Shown here in pieces: positions 1-10,947 of a stretch of 58,147 bases of DNA. Source of the DNA: Dehalococcoidia bacterium (lineage in GTDB: Bacteria > Chloroflexota > Dehalococcoidia > DSTF01 > RBG-16-68-14); assembly GCA_040882355.1 (NCBI GenBank), contig JBBEBM010000077.1, positions 1 through 58,147 of the forward strand. Reading direction: 5' to 3'. The translations under genes were made by a program, and so were the position numbers. Below the pieces are notes generated by a model that worked only from the letters and a program-made list of their open reading frames with translations, did not search any database and was not told where the DNA came from. How positions within the stretch are numbered: position 1 is the stretch's first letter; the number at the start of each line of letters is the position of its first letter.

Positions 1-371
1 CAGAGGACGCGCTGCTGCGCGTTGCTCTGGGTGTCGACGTACGAGAACTGCTGCGCCAAGCGATCGTCGTCGAGCGTTTCAACGAAGCGCCGCAGGCCGT
101 CATGCGAGCCGCGAAACGACTCGCGCAGCGCTGCGATGGCGCGGCCTGATTCCGGCTTTGGCGGTTCGACGAGACGCTCCTCGGTCCAGCGGCTGAGCCA
201 GATAGACTGGGCGTGCGCGATATGCGAGAGGTTGCCCTGAACGCTGCCGAAGCTTGCGCCGAGCTCGCGCGCCAGCTCCTCCTCGTTCAGGCCCGCCGCA
301 GCGTCGATGACGTGGCCGGTCGCCCACTCGTTGTAATCGTAGAGGGCGCGGATCTGGTCGAGGGCGGTCAT
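1..371 (-). CDS. DinB family protein, 3' end runs off the window
   Basis: Manual translation (not in ORF track): MTALDQIRALYDYNEWATGHVIDAAAGLNEEELARELGASFGSVQGNLSHIAHAQSIWLSRW..., with the DinB pattern Y-N-x-W-A ... S-F-G-S ... L-x-H; SD-like AAGGA upstream. Confidence 0.8.
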   Translation of the reverse strand, partial: MTALDQIRALYDYNEWATGHVIDAAAGLNEEELARELGASFGSVQGNLSHIAHAQSIWLSRWTEERLVEPPKPESGRAIAALRESFRGSHDGLRRFVETLDDDRLAQQFSYVDTQSNAQQRVL

Positions 372-405
372 GGGGCCTGTCCTATCCTTTCCTTGCGGTG
401 GTTGG

Positions 406-544
406 GCAGACCTGAAGGTCTGCAGCTACGGCGCCTTCGGACACGCCGGGCTGAAGGCCCGGCCTACGGAACCGGCCTGTCACGCTGAAGTGAGCCCATC
501 GAGGCGAGGTGCGTATGGCGGGCGGGGGTGAGGGCCCGGCCTAC
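406..544. repeat. Cluster of three GTAG-type REP-like palindromes
   Basis: GCAGACC-TGAA-GGTCTGC-AGCTAC (406-429), GCCGGGCTGAAGGCCCGGC-CTAC (445-467) and a degenerate copy (521-544); each is a hairpin ending in CTAC (GTAG on the minus strand). Confidence 0.65.
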
Positions 545-566
545 GGTATGCGACGGTGCCGTCGCA

Positions 567-2165
<1,599 letters not shown>

Positions 2166-2211
2166 GGAGGTTACCTCCCGAGCGTGGCCGGCCGCGGATA
2201 GCGGCCGAAGG

Positions 2212-2331
2212 CTAGGCGATGGGCGCGGAGGCGGCGCCGATCACCCGCCCCCGACGGATACGCCGGGGGCTTGAAGCAACCTCCACTCGGTTCGCCGCGA
2301 AGGGCGAGACGTGTGCCATGGTGATACTCAT
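2212..2331 (-). promoter_or_regulatory. Putative cimA leader: short ORF with an anti-SD segment
   Basis: ORF MSITMAHVSPFAANRVEVASSPRRIRRGRVIGAASAPIA ends 46 nt before cimA; mRNA GGAGGUUGCUUC can pair (12 bp, two G-U) with GAGGUAACCUCC immediately before the cimA AUG; TATGCT -10-like hexamer at 2335-2340. Confidence 0.4.
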
Positions 2332-2587
2332 CTTAGCATATTCGGACGGGGCTCCGCGAGTACGCACTGGGGTCGGGGGGGGGGGGGGGGGGGGTGGGCT
2401 CGACCCACCAACCGCCCATTCCGAAGTTTGCCGGTCGTGGCCCAGGGCGACTCGTGATTGGGAGTTGCCGCCACGCTGAGGCGCTGAGCAGCAGGCCTGC
2501 CCGTCAGGCGGACGGGAAAAACGGGCGTGCCGTTTTCAAAGGGCGAACCTGGCTTCAATCGGATGAGGACGGTCTCCTCTAGGGGCC

Positions 2588-2614
2588 AGATTCTTCGCTT
2601 CGCTCAGAATGACA
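2588..2614. repeat. REP-like element, TGTCAT-CTGAGC-CGAAG-ATCT type
   Basis: AGATTCTTCGCTTCGCTCAGAATGACA; a related copy lies at 58102-58128. Confidence 0.6.
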
Positions 2615-2688
2615 AGAAGGGATCGCGTGCGGGGCTCTTAGCGGAGGGGTCGGTGCTATGATGCCGCAAGACGCACAGGAGGTAGGTC

Positions 2689-3675
2689 ATGGCCGCGAAC
2701 GATCTCCCCCACCTAGACAGCCTGAGGTTCGAGACCGCCGCCGAGCACGCTACGAAGAACGTGCCCGTAGCCAGCCCGGCGGACCTGGCGGGCGACCTGC
2801 GGCGATCGCTCGAAGGGAAGAGCTACGCCACTGCGGCGAGCGTAGCGGTGTGCGAGGACGGCCGCCTCGCCGGCATGCTCCGCCTGGAAGACCTGCTCGC
2901 GGCGCCGCCGGATGCAATCGTCGGCGAGCTGATGGACCGAGAGCCGCCGGTCGTAGGGCCCGGGGTCGACCAGGAGGTGGCGGCGTGGCGGGCGGTGCAG
3001 CACGGTGAGAGCGCCCTCGCTGTAGTCGACGCTGAGGGGCGGTTCGCGGGGGTGATCCCACCCCAACGGTTGCTCTCGGTGCTTCTGGCCGAGCATGAAG
3101 AGGACCTGGCGCGGCTGGGCGGTTTCCTGCGCGGTACCTCGTCGGCCCGAAGCGCGAGCGAAGAGCCGGTGACGCGTCGTCTGTGGCACCGGCTGCCCTG
3201 GCTGATGGTAGGTCTGCTCGGAGCAATCCTGGCGGCGAACATCGTTGGCTCGTTCGAGACGCAGTTGGAGGAGACCGTCATCCTGGCGTTCTTCATTCCC
3301 AGCATCGTCTACATGGCGGACGCCGTCGGCACGCAGACCGAGGCGCTGGTGATCCGCGGACTCTCAGTCGGAGTTGGCATCGGACAGATCGTCTGGCGCG
3401 AGATCCTGACGGGCCTGTTCGTGGGCCTCGCGCTCGCCGGGGCGTTCTTCCCCGTGGTGCTGCTGGGTTGGGAGGACTTCGATGTGGCGCTGGCCGTCTC
3501 CCTGGCGCTCTTCGCCGCATGTTCGGTGGCGACGCTGGTCGCGATGGCGCTGCCCTGGGCCTTCCAGCGTTTTGGCGCTGATCCCGCCTTCGGCAGCGGC
3601 CCGCTGGCCACGGTCGTCCAGGACCTGCTTTCGATCGTGATCTACTTCGCTGTGGCCGTGGCGATTGTGGGGTAG
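2689..3675 (+). CDS. mgtE: MgtE family magnesium transporter (CBS pair plus membrane domain)
   Basis: CBS domains, RLPWLMVGL, FFIPSIVYMADAVGTQT, DPAFGSGPLATVVQD; SD AGGAGG. Confidence 0.85.
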   Translation: MAANDLPHLDSLRFETAAEHATKNVPVASPADLAGDLRRSLEGKSYATAASVAVCEDGRLAGMLRLEDLLAAPPDAIVGELMDREPPVVGPGVDQEVAAWRAVQHGESALAVVDAEGRFAGVIPPQRLLSVLLAEHEEDLARLGGFLRGTSSARSASEEPVTRRLWHRLPWLMVGLLGAILAANIVGSFETQLEETVILAFFIPSIVYMADAVGTQTEALVIRGLSVGVGIGQIVWREILTGLFVGLALAGAFFPVVLLGWEDFDVALAVSLALFAACSVATLVAMALPWAFQRFGADPAFGSGPLATVVQDLLSIVIYFAVAVAIVG

Positions 3676-3708
3676 GGCGGCGCTTGGTGTCTTCGCGTCC
3701 GCCTGCGG

Positions 3709-3782
3709 GCAGGGCTGAAGCCCTGCAGCTACGGTTAGGGTGATCGCGGGGCGATGAGGGCGGGTCTGAGACCCGCCCCTAC
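3709..3782. repeat. Two GTAG-type REP-like palindromes
   Basis: GCAGGGC-TGAA-GCCCTGC-AGCTAC (3709-3732) and GGGCGGGTCTGAGACCCGCCC-CTAC (3758-3782) between convergent genes. Confidence 0.65.
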
Positions 3783-3829
3783 AGGTCGCGCTCGTTGGAG
3801 CCCGCACGGGGCTCCGGCAGGTCGCACAC

Positions 3830-3994
3830 TCAGCAGCCCGGCTGGCCGTGGTTGCCGCAACAGCTCTGTCGAGTGCGCAGCTTCGTCCAGTTGTTGCGCA
3901 GGGTGAGGCCGAGCTTGGTGACGAACGGTAGGGCTGACTCACGCCAGTTCGTCAATGAGTTGCGGAAGCTGGGACGGCTGCGGTCTTGTGGCAT
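3830..3994 (-). CDS. Small 54-aa protein with a Cys-rich C-terminus (CCGNHGQPGC)
   Basis: Manual translation MPQDRSRPSFRNSLTNWRESALPFVTKLGLTLRNNWTKLRTRQSCCGNHGQPGC*; SD GAAGGA; starts 11 nt after the upstream stop; below the ORF-track length cutoff. Confidence 0.65.
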   Translation of the reverse strand: MPQDRSRPSFRNSLTNWRESALPFVTKLGLTLRNNWTKLRTRQSCCGNHGQPGC

Positions 3995-4005
3995 TACTGT
4001 CCTTC

Positions 4006-4506
4006 CTACGCCGACGGCTTGCGCGTCGGATGTCCCGCTGGAGGCCGAATGGCGTAGATGCGCGTCGGCGTGACCTGGATGGTGACGACGCCGTTCGGTT
4101 CGTACGCCTGCTCAGTGGCTGTCGCTAACGTGCGCCCGGTGGGGTCACTGTCGACCTCGCTTGCGATGCCGTAGACGATGGTGGCGCGATAGGGTCCATC
4201 CCAGGAGGCTATGGCGCAGCGAGGGTTCGAGCGATGGTCGCGCAGTCGCTGCGAGTCCGGGAAGGTCGGCACGTAGAACCTGCCGTCGATGAGCCGAAGA
4301 TCGAGGGGCGCGACGTGCACGTCGCCGGACGCGGAGACGGTGGAGATCGACGCCATGCGCTCTGCACGCCAGAAGGTGACGAACTCCTCAGCGGACATGG
4401 ACCAGCCGCCGCCGATGAAGTTGCGCTTGATGGCGGAGCCCGCGGTCGCGGCGCTGCGGTCGATGATCGCCTGGAGCCAGCGCAGCGTCTCCGGCGTCTC
4501 GTTCAC
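4006..4506 (-). CDS. Pyridoxamine 5'-phosphate oxidase-like (PPOX) family protein
   Basis: ASISTVSASGDVHVAP ... SQRLRDHRSNPRCAI split-barrel pattern; GTG start with SD AAAGGA. Confidence 0.7.
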   Translation of the reverse strand: MNETPETLRWLQAIIDRSAATAGSAIKRNFIGGGWSMSAEEFVTFWRAERMASISTVSASGDVHVAPLDLRLIDGRFYVPTFPDSQRLRDHRSNPRCAIASWDGPYRATIVYGIASEVDSDPTGRTLATATEQAYEPNGVVTIQVTPTRIYAIRPPAGHPTRKPSA

Positions 4507-4523
4507 GAGCCATCCTTTGGAAA

Positions 4524-4883
4524 CTAGAGATAGAGGTGCTCCGACGGACGCAACTCGCCGCGAACAGGATCGACCGCAAGCCCCAGGATTTCGAGCGTCG
4601 TCACGCCGAGTACGGGTATGTCGCCATCGCTACCTTCCACCACGGGAACGGTACCCTCTGAGCCATTGATCTGGATGTAGGCGAGGCCCTGCTGCCGGTC
4701 GAGTACGCGGCCGTCCGCGGTTCGGAGGCTGCGCGTAAACTCCGCCTCGACCCCAATCCGCTGCCAGACTTCGGGCGGAAGGACGGTGAAGGTGGCGCCT
4801 GTGTCCACCATCAACAAGGTCTCCACCGTCCGGCTTCGATCGCCGGGCGAGGCTACTCTGACGATGACGTCGAGTCTGCCCAT
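4524..4883 (-). CDS. Retropepsin-like (clan AA) aspartic protease
   Basis: LMVDTGATFT catalytic motif, RTADGR flap, VLGVTTLEILGLAVDP C-terminal motif; 119 aa. Confidence 0.85.
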   Translation of the reverse strand: MGRLDVIVRVASPGDRSRTVETLLMVDTGATFTVLPPEVWQRIGVEAEFTRSLRTADGRVLDRQQGLAYIQINGSEGTVPVVEGSDGDIPVLGVTTLEILGLAVDPVRGELRPSEHLYL

Positions 4884-4887
4884 AATG

Positions 4888-5769
4888 TTAGCCCGCCTGG
4901 GCGGCCAGCTTTTGTTTCGTGTACTCGATCAGGCCGCCGGCGTTGACGATCTCCATCATGAACGGCTCGTAGGGCTTGGCGACGAAGACCTCTTCCGTCG
5001 TGAGGTCGACGATCTTGCCGCTGGTGAGGTCGATCTCCACCTCGTCGCCCGCCTCGATGGCGTCGACGGCCTCCGGGCACTCGAGCACGGGCAGGCCGAG
5101 GTTGATGGCGTTGCGAAAGAAGATGCGGGCGAAGCTCTTGGCGATCACGGCGCTGACGCCGCAGCCGCGCAGGCTGATCGGCGCGTGCTCGCGAGACGAG
5201 CCGCAGCCGAAGTTGATGTCGGCGACGAGGATGTCGCCGGACGCTACCTTCTGAACGAAGTCGGGTTGGTCGCTGTTCTCCATGCAGTGCGCGCCGAGCT
5301 CCTGCGGGTCGGTGGTGACCAGGTACTTCGCCGGGATGATCTGATCGGTGTCGATGTGGGCGCCGAACTTGTGGGCGTGTCCTCGCAGCGAACCAGAAGA
5401 CATGCCTAGCATCAGCAGGTCGGTGGGCTTCAGCTTGCCCGCCGATGGGTCGACCTCGAGTCCCATCGACTCGAGCGCGGTGACGCCGAGGACAGGGCTG
5501 TCCGTGTCCTCGCCGAAGATGACGGGGATCGGGCCGGGCGGCTGGCAGCCCTCCACCTCCACCAGGACAGAGCCAACTTCCCGCTCTATCGGCCGGCCTT
5601 CGATGGTGCGAAAGGTCCTCTTTCCACTGGGCTGTACCCCGAGACGGATGAGGACCGCACGAGGGATCAGCGTGAAGATGGCGCCCGTGTCGACGAGTGC
5701 TTCGACCTCGACCGGCTCGCGGCCGTTGGTCGCGAAGAAGAGCTTTACGGGTACATGCACGAAGCCCAT
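4888..5769 (-). CDS. leuD: Retropepsin-like protease fused in frame to 3-isopropylmalate dehydratase small subunit (LeuD part 4888-5403)
   Basis: N-terminal ~120 aa: LVDTGAIFT ... LGVTALESMGLEVDP. C-terminal: IDTDQIIPAKYL, NFGCGSSREHA, SFARIFFRNAINLGLP. The junction reads CTG ATG CTA GGC ATG with no stop. Confidence 0.9.
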   Translation of the reverse strand: MGFVHVPVKLFFATNGREPVEVEALVDTGAIFTLIPRAVLIRLGVQPSGKRTFRTIEGRPIEREVGSVLVEVEGCQPPGPIPVIFGEDTDSPVLGVTALESMGLEVDPSAGKLKPTDLLMLGMSSGSLRGHAHKFGAHIDTDQIIPAKYLVTTDPQELGAHCMENSDQPDFVQKVASGDILVADINFGCGSSREHAPISLRGCGVSAVIAKSFARIFFRNAINLGLPVLECPEAVDAIEAGDEVEIDLTSGKIVDLTTEEVFVAKPYEPFMMEIVNAGGLIEYTKQKLAAQAG

Positions 5770-7050
5770 CTAGACAGCTACCTTTCCAACGATCTCCTCA
5801 GGATGCACGATGCGACCAGCGATGGCGGCGGCAGCGGCGACGGCCGGGTTGACCAGGAACGCCTCACCCTTGGGGTGGCCCATCCGGCCCGGGAAGTTGC
5901 GGTTCGACGTGGAGACGCAACGTTCGCCCTCGCCGAGGACGCCGTAGTGGCCACCCAGACAGGGCCCGCACGTCGCGCCGCTCACCTGGCATCCGGACTC
6001 CGTGAACGTCTCGATCAGGCCCTCGCGGACCGCTTCGAGGAAGATGTCCTGCGTGGCGGGAATAACGATGCAGCGCACCCACTTCGCGACCTTCTTGCCG
6101 CGCATGATGTCGGCCGCCTCACGCAGGTCCTCCATGCGGGCGTTGGTGCAGGAGCCGATGAAGACCTGGTCTATCTGAATGTCCTGCTGCGCCACCTCAG
6201 CGATTGTCTTGGTGTTGCCCGGGCTGAAGGGCATCGCCACCGTCGGCTCGATCGTGGAGGCGTCGAACTCGTAGGTGGCGGCGTAGCGGGCGTCCGGGTC
6301 GGGGTCGTAGACCGTCCACGGTCGCTTGGCGCGCGGCCTCACGTACTCGAGCGTCACCTCATCGACGGGCACCATGCCGGTCTTGGCGCCGGCCTCGGCC
6401 GCCATGTTGGTCATCGTGAAGCGGGCGTCCATCGACATCTGCTTGAGCGCCTCGCCCTCGAACTGCATCGCCATGTAGGTGGCGCCGTCGGTGCCGATGT
6501 GGCCGATGGTGTGCAAGATGAGGTCCTTGCTGCGCGTCCACTTGCCCATCTTGCCGTGGTAGATGAAGCGCAGCGTCTCCGGCACCTTCATCCAGGTCTC
6601 GCCGGTGGCCATGGCGGCCGCGATGTCCGTGCTGCCCATGCCCGTCGCGAAGGCGCCGAGCGCGCCGACGGTCGGCGTGTGCGAGTCCGCCCCGCAGTAG
6701 ACGTCGCCCGGCACGACGTGACCCTTCCAGGGGAGCAAGATGTGCTCGATGCCGGCCTCGCCGACCTCGTAGTAGACGATGCCACTCTCCTTCGCGAAGT
6801 CGCGCATCACCTTGCACTGGGCGGCCGTGGCGATGTCGCGCGCCGGCGCGAAGTGCGACGGCACGAAGACGACGCGCTGCTTATCGAAGACCTCTTTCAC
6901 GCCGAGCTTGCGGAACTGCTCAATGGCGATGGGCGCGGTGATGTCGTTGGCCATCACCAGGTCGACCTTGACGTTGATCAGGTCGCCCGGCGAGACCTCC
7001 TTCTTACCGCTGTGCGCGGCGAGGATCTTTTCGGCGAGTGTCATGCCCAT
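5770..7050 (-). CDS. leuC: 3-isopropylmalate dehydratase large subunit
   Basis: MTLAEKIL, GADSHT, IGSCTNAR, CGPCLGGH and STSNRNFPGRMG aconitase-family motifs. Confidence 0.95.
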   Translation of the reverse strand: MGMTLAEKILAAHSGKKEVSPGDLINVKVDLVMANDITAPIAIEQFRKLGVKEVFDKQRVVFVPSHFAPARDIATAAQCKVMRDFAKESGIVYYEVGEAGIEHILLPWKGHVVPGDVYCGADSHTPTVGALGAFATGMGSTDIAAAMATGETWMKVPETLRFIYHGKMGKWTRSKDLILHTIGHIGTDGATYMAMQFEGEALKQMSMDARFTMTNMAAEAGAKTGMVPVDEVTLEYVRPRAKRPWTVYDPDPDARYAATYEFDASTIEPTVAMPFSPGNTKTIAEVAQQDIQIDQVFIGSCTNARMEDLREAADIMRGKKVAKWVRCIVIPATQDIFLEAVREGLIETFTESGCQVSGATCGPCLGGHYGVLGEGERCVSTSNRNFPGRMGHPKGEAFLVNPAVAAAAAIAGRIVHPEEIVGKVAV

Positions 7051-7116
7051 GGCAGGGGCCTTTCTACGGCATCGACAGTGGATACTGTCGTGTCGATCTC
7101 ATGATAGCGCACCCAG

Positions 7117-8367
7117 TCAGACCCTCTCCGGGCTGCGCCGTGCTACTGGCGAGCCCTCCACCTCGCGGCCGACGAGCTCCTTGCGGAAGTTGGGGTCGCG
7201 CAGGCGGTCGAAGGCGCGGCGCTGGATGATTAGCGCCATCATCTCGGTGCTGCCGGCGGTGAAGCGCGAGGCGCGCACGTCGCGAAGGATGCGCTCGATC
7301 GGGTACGTCTGCGTGTAGGCGATGCCACCCATGACCTGCATAGCGTCGTCCGCCGTCTGCCAGGCCGCTTCGACGCCGAACCACTTGTTCATCGCCACCT
7401 CCATCTTCGCCTCCTCCCAGAGGCCCGCGTCGAGCATGCGCCCGGCCCGCGTGTTGAGGAGGTAGGCGGCGTCGAGGCGCGTCGAGGCCTCGGCGATCTT
7501 GAAGGCGGCCCACTGGTGGTCGCGCAGCTTCTTGCCGAACGTCTCACGCTCCTCGGCGTAGGTGGCGGCGATCTGCAGCGCCCGCAGCGCCTGGCCGAGC
7601 TGCGCCCGCGTCGCCACGACCCGCTCGATGAGCAGCTCCTCGGAGAGGTACTGCCAGCCGTTGCCCTCGTCGCCGAGCAGGTTCTCGACGGGTACCTCAA
7701 CGTTCTCGAAGCGCACCCAGGCAGAGCCCAGGCCGCGGAAGCCGAGCCAGTTCGTGTGCTCTTCCAGCACCTGGTAGCCCTGGCTGGCGGTGTCGATGAG
7801 GAGCACGCTGAGGATCTGGCGCGGGTCATTGCCTTCGCTGGTGCGGACGGCGCAGGAGATGAAGTCGGCGGTCTGGGCGCCGTCCAGGAAGCGCTTCTCG
7901 CCGTTGACGACGTAGCGGTCGCCGACGCGACGCGCGGTCGTCTGGATGCCGGCGAGGTCAGAGCCGGCCGTAGGCTCGGTGAGGGCCTGGGCGGTAATCT
8001 TCTCGCCACGTAGCATCGGACGCACGTAGTGCTCCTTGATGTGGGGCGAGCCGTACTTGGAGAGGATCCAGCCCACGTGCGAGGTGAACGTTCGCGCGCA
8101 GGCGAGCGCGGCGCAGCCGTGGTAGCCGACGCGTTCGTTCAGCAGCGCGTCCTCCAGGAACGTGCGACCGCCGCCGCCTTCGTCGGCTGGCACGCAGGCG
8201 CCCAGGTAGTGGCGCTCGCCCATCATGCGGATGAACTCGGTGGGATAGAGCACCTCCCAGCGGTCCATGCGGCCGACCAGGTCTGGATCGAGATGGTCCG
8301 CGAGGAAGCGGTCGCACTCCTCCCAGTAGGCTCGCTCCTGCGGCGTCAGGGTGTCGTGGCCGATCAT
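7117..8367 (-). CDS. Acyl-CoA dehydrogenase family protein
   Basis: ALTEPTAGSD, VNGEKRF, RETFGKKL, QVMGGIAY, AGSTEM. Confidence 0.9.
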   Translation of the reverse strand: MIGHDTLTPQERAYWEECDRFLADHLDPDLVGRMDRWEVLYPTEFIRMMGERHYLGACVPADEGGGGRTFLEDALLNERVGYHGCAALACARTFTSHVGWILSKYGSPHIKEHYVRPMLRGEKITAQALTEPTAGSDLAGIQTTARRVGDRYVVNGEKRFLDGAQTADFISCAVRTSEGNDPRQILSVLLIDTASQGYQVLEEHTNWLGFRGLGSAWVRFENVEVPVENLLGDEGNGWQYLSEELLIERVVATRAQLGQALRALQIAATYAEERETFGKKLRDHQWAAFKIAEASTRLDAAYLLNTRAGRMLDAGLWEEAKMEVAMNKWFGVEAAWQTADDAMQVMGGIAYTQTYPIERILRDVRASRFTAGSTEMMALIIQRRAFDRLRDPNFRKELVGREVEGSPVARRSPERV

Positions 8368-8368
8368 G

Positions 8369-8815
8369 TCATGTCTCCTTCACCAGGTCGTCGAGCAAGA
8401 CGTACGGGATCTCCTTTACGCGGCGGGCGCAGCGCTCGTCATTGCCGACGATGGCGTCACACCCAGTGTGCAGCGCGGTCGCGACGATGGCCGCGTCGGC
8501 GAGCGAGAGCGAGAGTCTTGCGCGTATCTCGGCGGCCAGCCGCGCGATCTGTCTGTCCAGGCCAACGACCTGCACGCCCGGCCCGTCCAGCACGACTCGA
8601 ACCTGTCTCATCTCCCAGACATCGTCCTCGCGTATCGGGCGCACGAGCAGTTCCAGTTCTGTCACCACCGAGAAGATCGACTGCTTGAAACCATCCCTCA
8701 CCGCCCCGAACAGCCACTCGATCACGTCGAAGTAGGGTTCGGTGCGGTGAAGGTGGTAGATCAGCGCGTTGGTATCGAGGCAGATGCGACTGGCGGACGC
8801 TAACTGGTCTCTGAT
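8369..8815 (-). CDS. PIN-domain (VapC-like) toxin, start codon uncertain (possibly ATC)
   Basis: The frame extends upstream of the tracked ORF to RICLDTNALIYHL; also SVVTELELLV, LSLADAAIVATA and GNDE. No ATG/GTG/TTG lies between the upstream in-frame TAG and the first PIN Asp. Confidence 0.8.
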   Translation of the reverse strand: MRDQLASASRICLDTNALIYHLHRTEPYFDVIEWLFGAVRDGFKQSIFSVVTELELLVRPIREDDVWEMRQVRVVLDGPGVQVVGLDRQIARLAAEIRARLSLSLADAAIVATALHTGCDAIVGNDERCARRVKEIPYVLLDDLVKET

Positions 8816-9081
8816 CCGCTATCCTCCTCCTCGTCAAGATACGTGCCCCACGACCCGCGCACTTCACGCAGGTAGGCGTCGATCTCCTCCTTGGTCTTGC
8901 CGTAGTAGCCGGGCATCGAGCCCGCCGTGTACGAGACCCAGTCTTTGGGCCTTGGGTGCAGGATCAGGCGCAGGCTGTCCATCTCCACGGCTAGCTGGTC
9001 ACCCGGTTTCAGGCCCATCTCACGCACGAGGCGGGCTGGCAGCGTGATCTGGTACTTACTGCTGATCGTTGTTTTTGGCAT
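8800..9081 (-). CDS. AbrB/MazE family antitoxin
   Basis: TTISSKYQITLPARLVREMGLKPGD; SD GGAGG; overlaps the PIN gene; a longer start up to 9198 is possible. Confidence 0.85.
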   Translation of the reverse strand: MPKTTISSKYQITLPARLVREMGLKPGDQLAVEMDSLRLILHPRPKDWVSYTAGSMPGYYGKTKEEIDAYLREVRGSWGTYLDEEEDSGSETS

Positions 9082-9199
9082 CGGCTCAACCTCCGCAGAG
9101 ATGTAGGACAGGGCAGCTTCACCCACTCGGCGGCTGGGTTTGTTCCTGGCCGTTGAGTACGGTGCTTCTTCAGGGCGTTCCTGGTCTTTCACAGGCACG

Positions 9200-9229
9200 A
9201 CATTACCAGATGAAAGGGCGCCTTGTCAA
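9200..9229 (-). promoter_or_regulatory. Internal sigma70-like promoter for the AbrB-PIN cassette
   Basis: TTGACA-18 nt-TAATGT on the minus strand between the leuA stop and abrB. Confidence 0.5.
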
Positions 9230-9272
9230 GAGCCGACCTGCTTGGTAGATGGCCATTCTGCCTTACATCTCG

Positions 9273-10823
<1,551 letters not shown>

Positions 10824-10947
10824 GATCTGTTGCTCAACCTCCAATCGAAATGTGTGGTCGTGCCGCTCAGGCCCCCTCTTTCCCGCTAGCGCCGGGCAGG
10901 GGGCCGGCGCAGGTTGAGCGCCAGCTTGTGTCGATACAACTCCATCG

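Noticed and set aside
2375..2394. G20 run as a phase-variation tract or G-quadruplex
   Set aside because: Similar poly-G/poly-C flanks the N gap at 30017-30061, so a sequencing artefact next to a hairpin is more likely
2395..2688. M-box or other riboswitch upstream of mgtE
   Set aside because: No recognisable conserved motif; a -10-like TGCTATGAT lies only ~27 nt before the start, leaving no room for a leader
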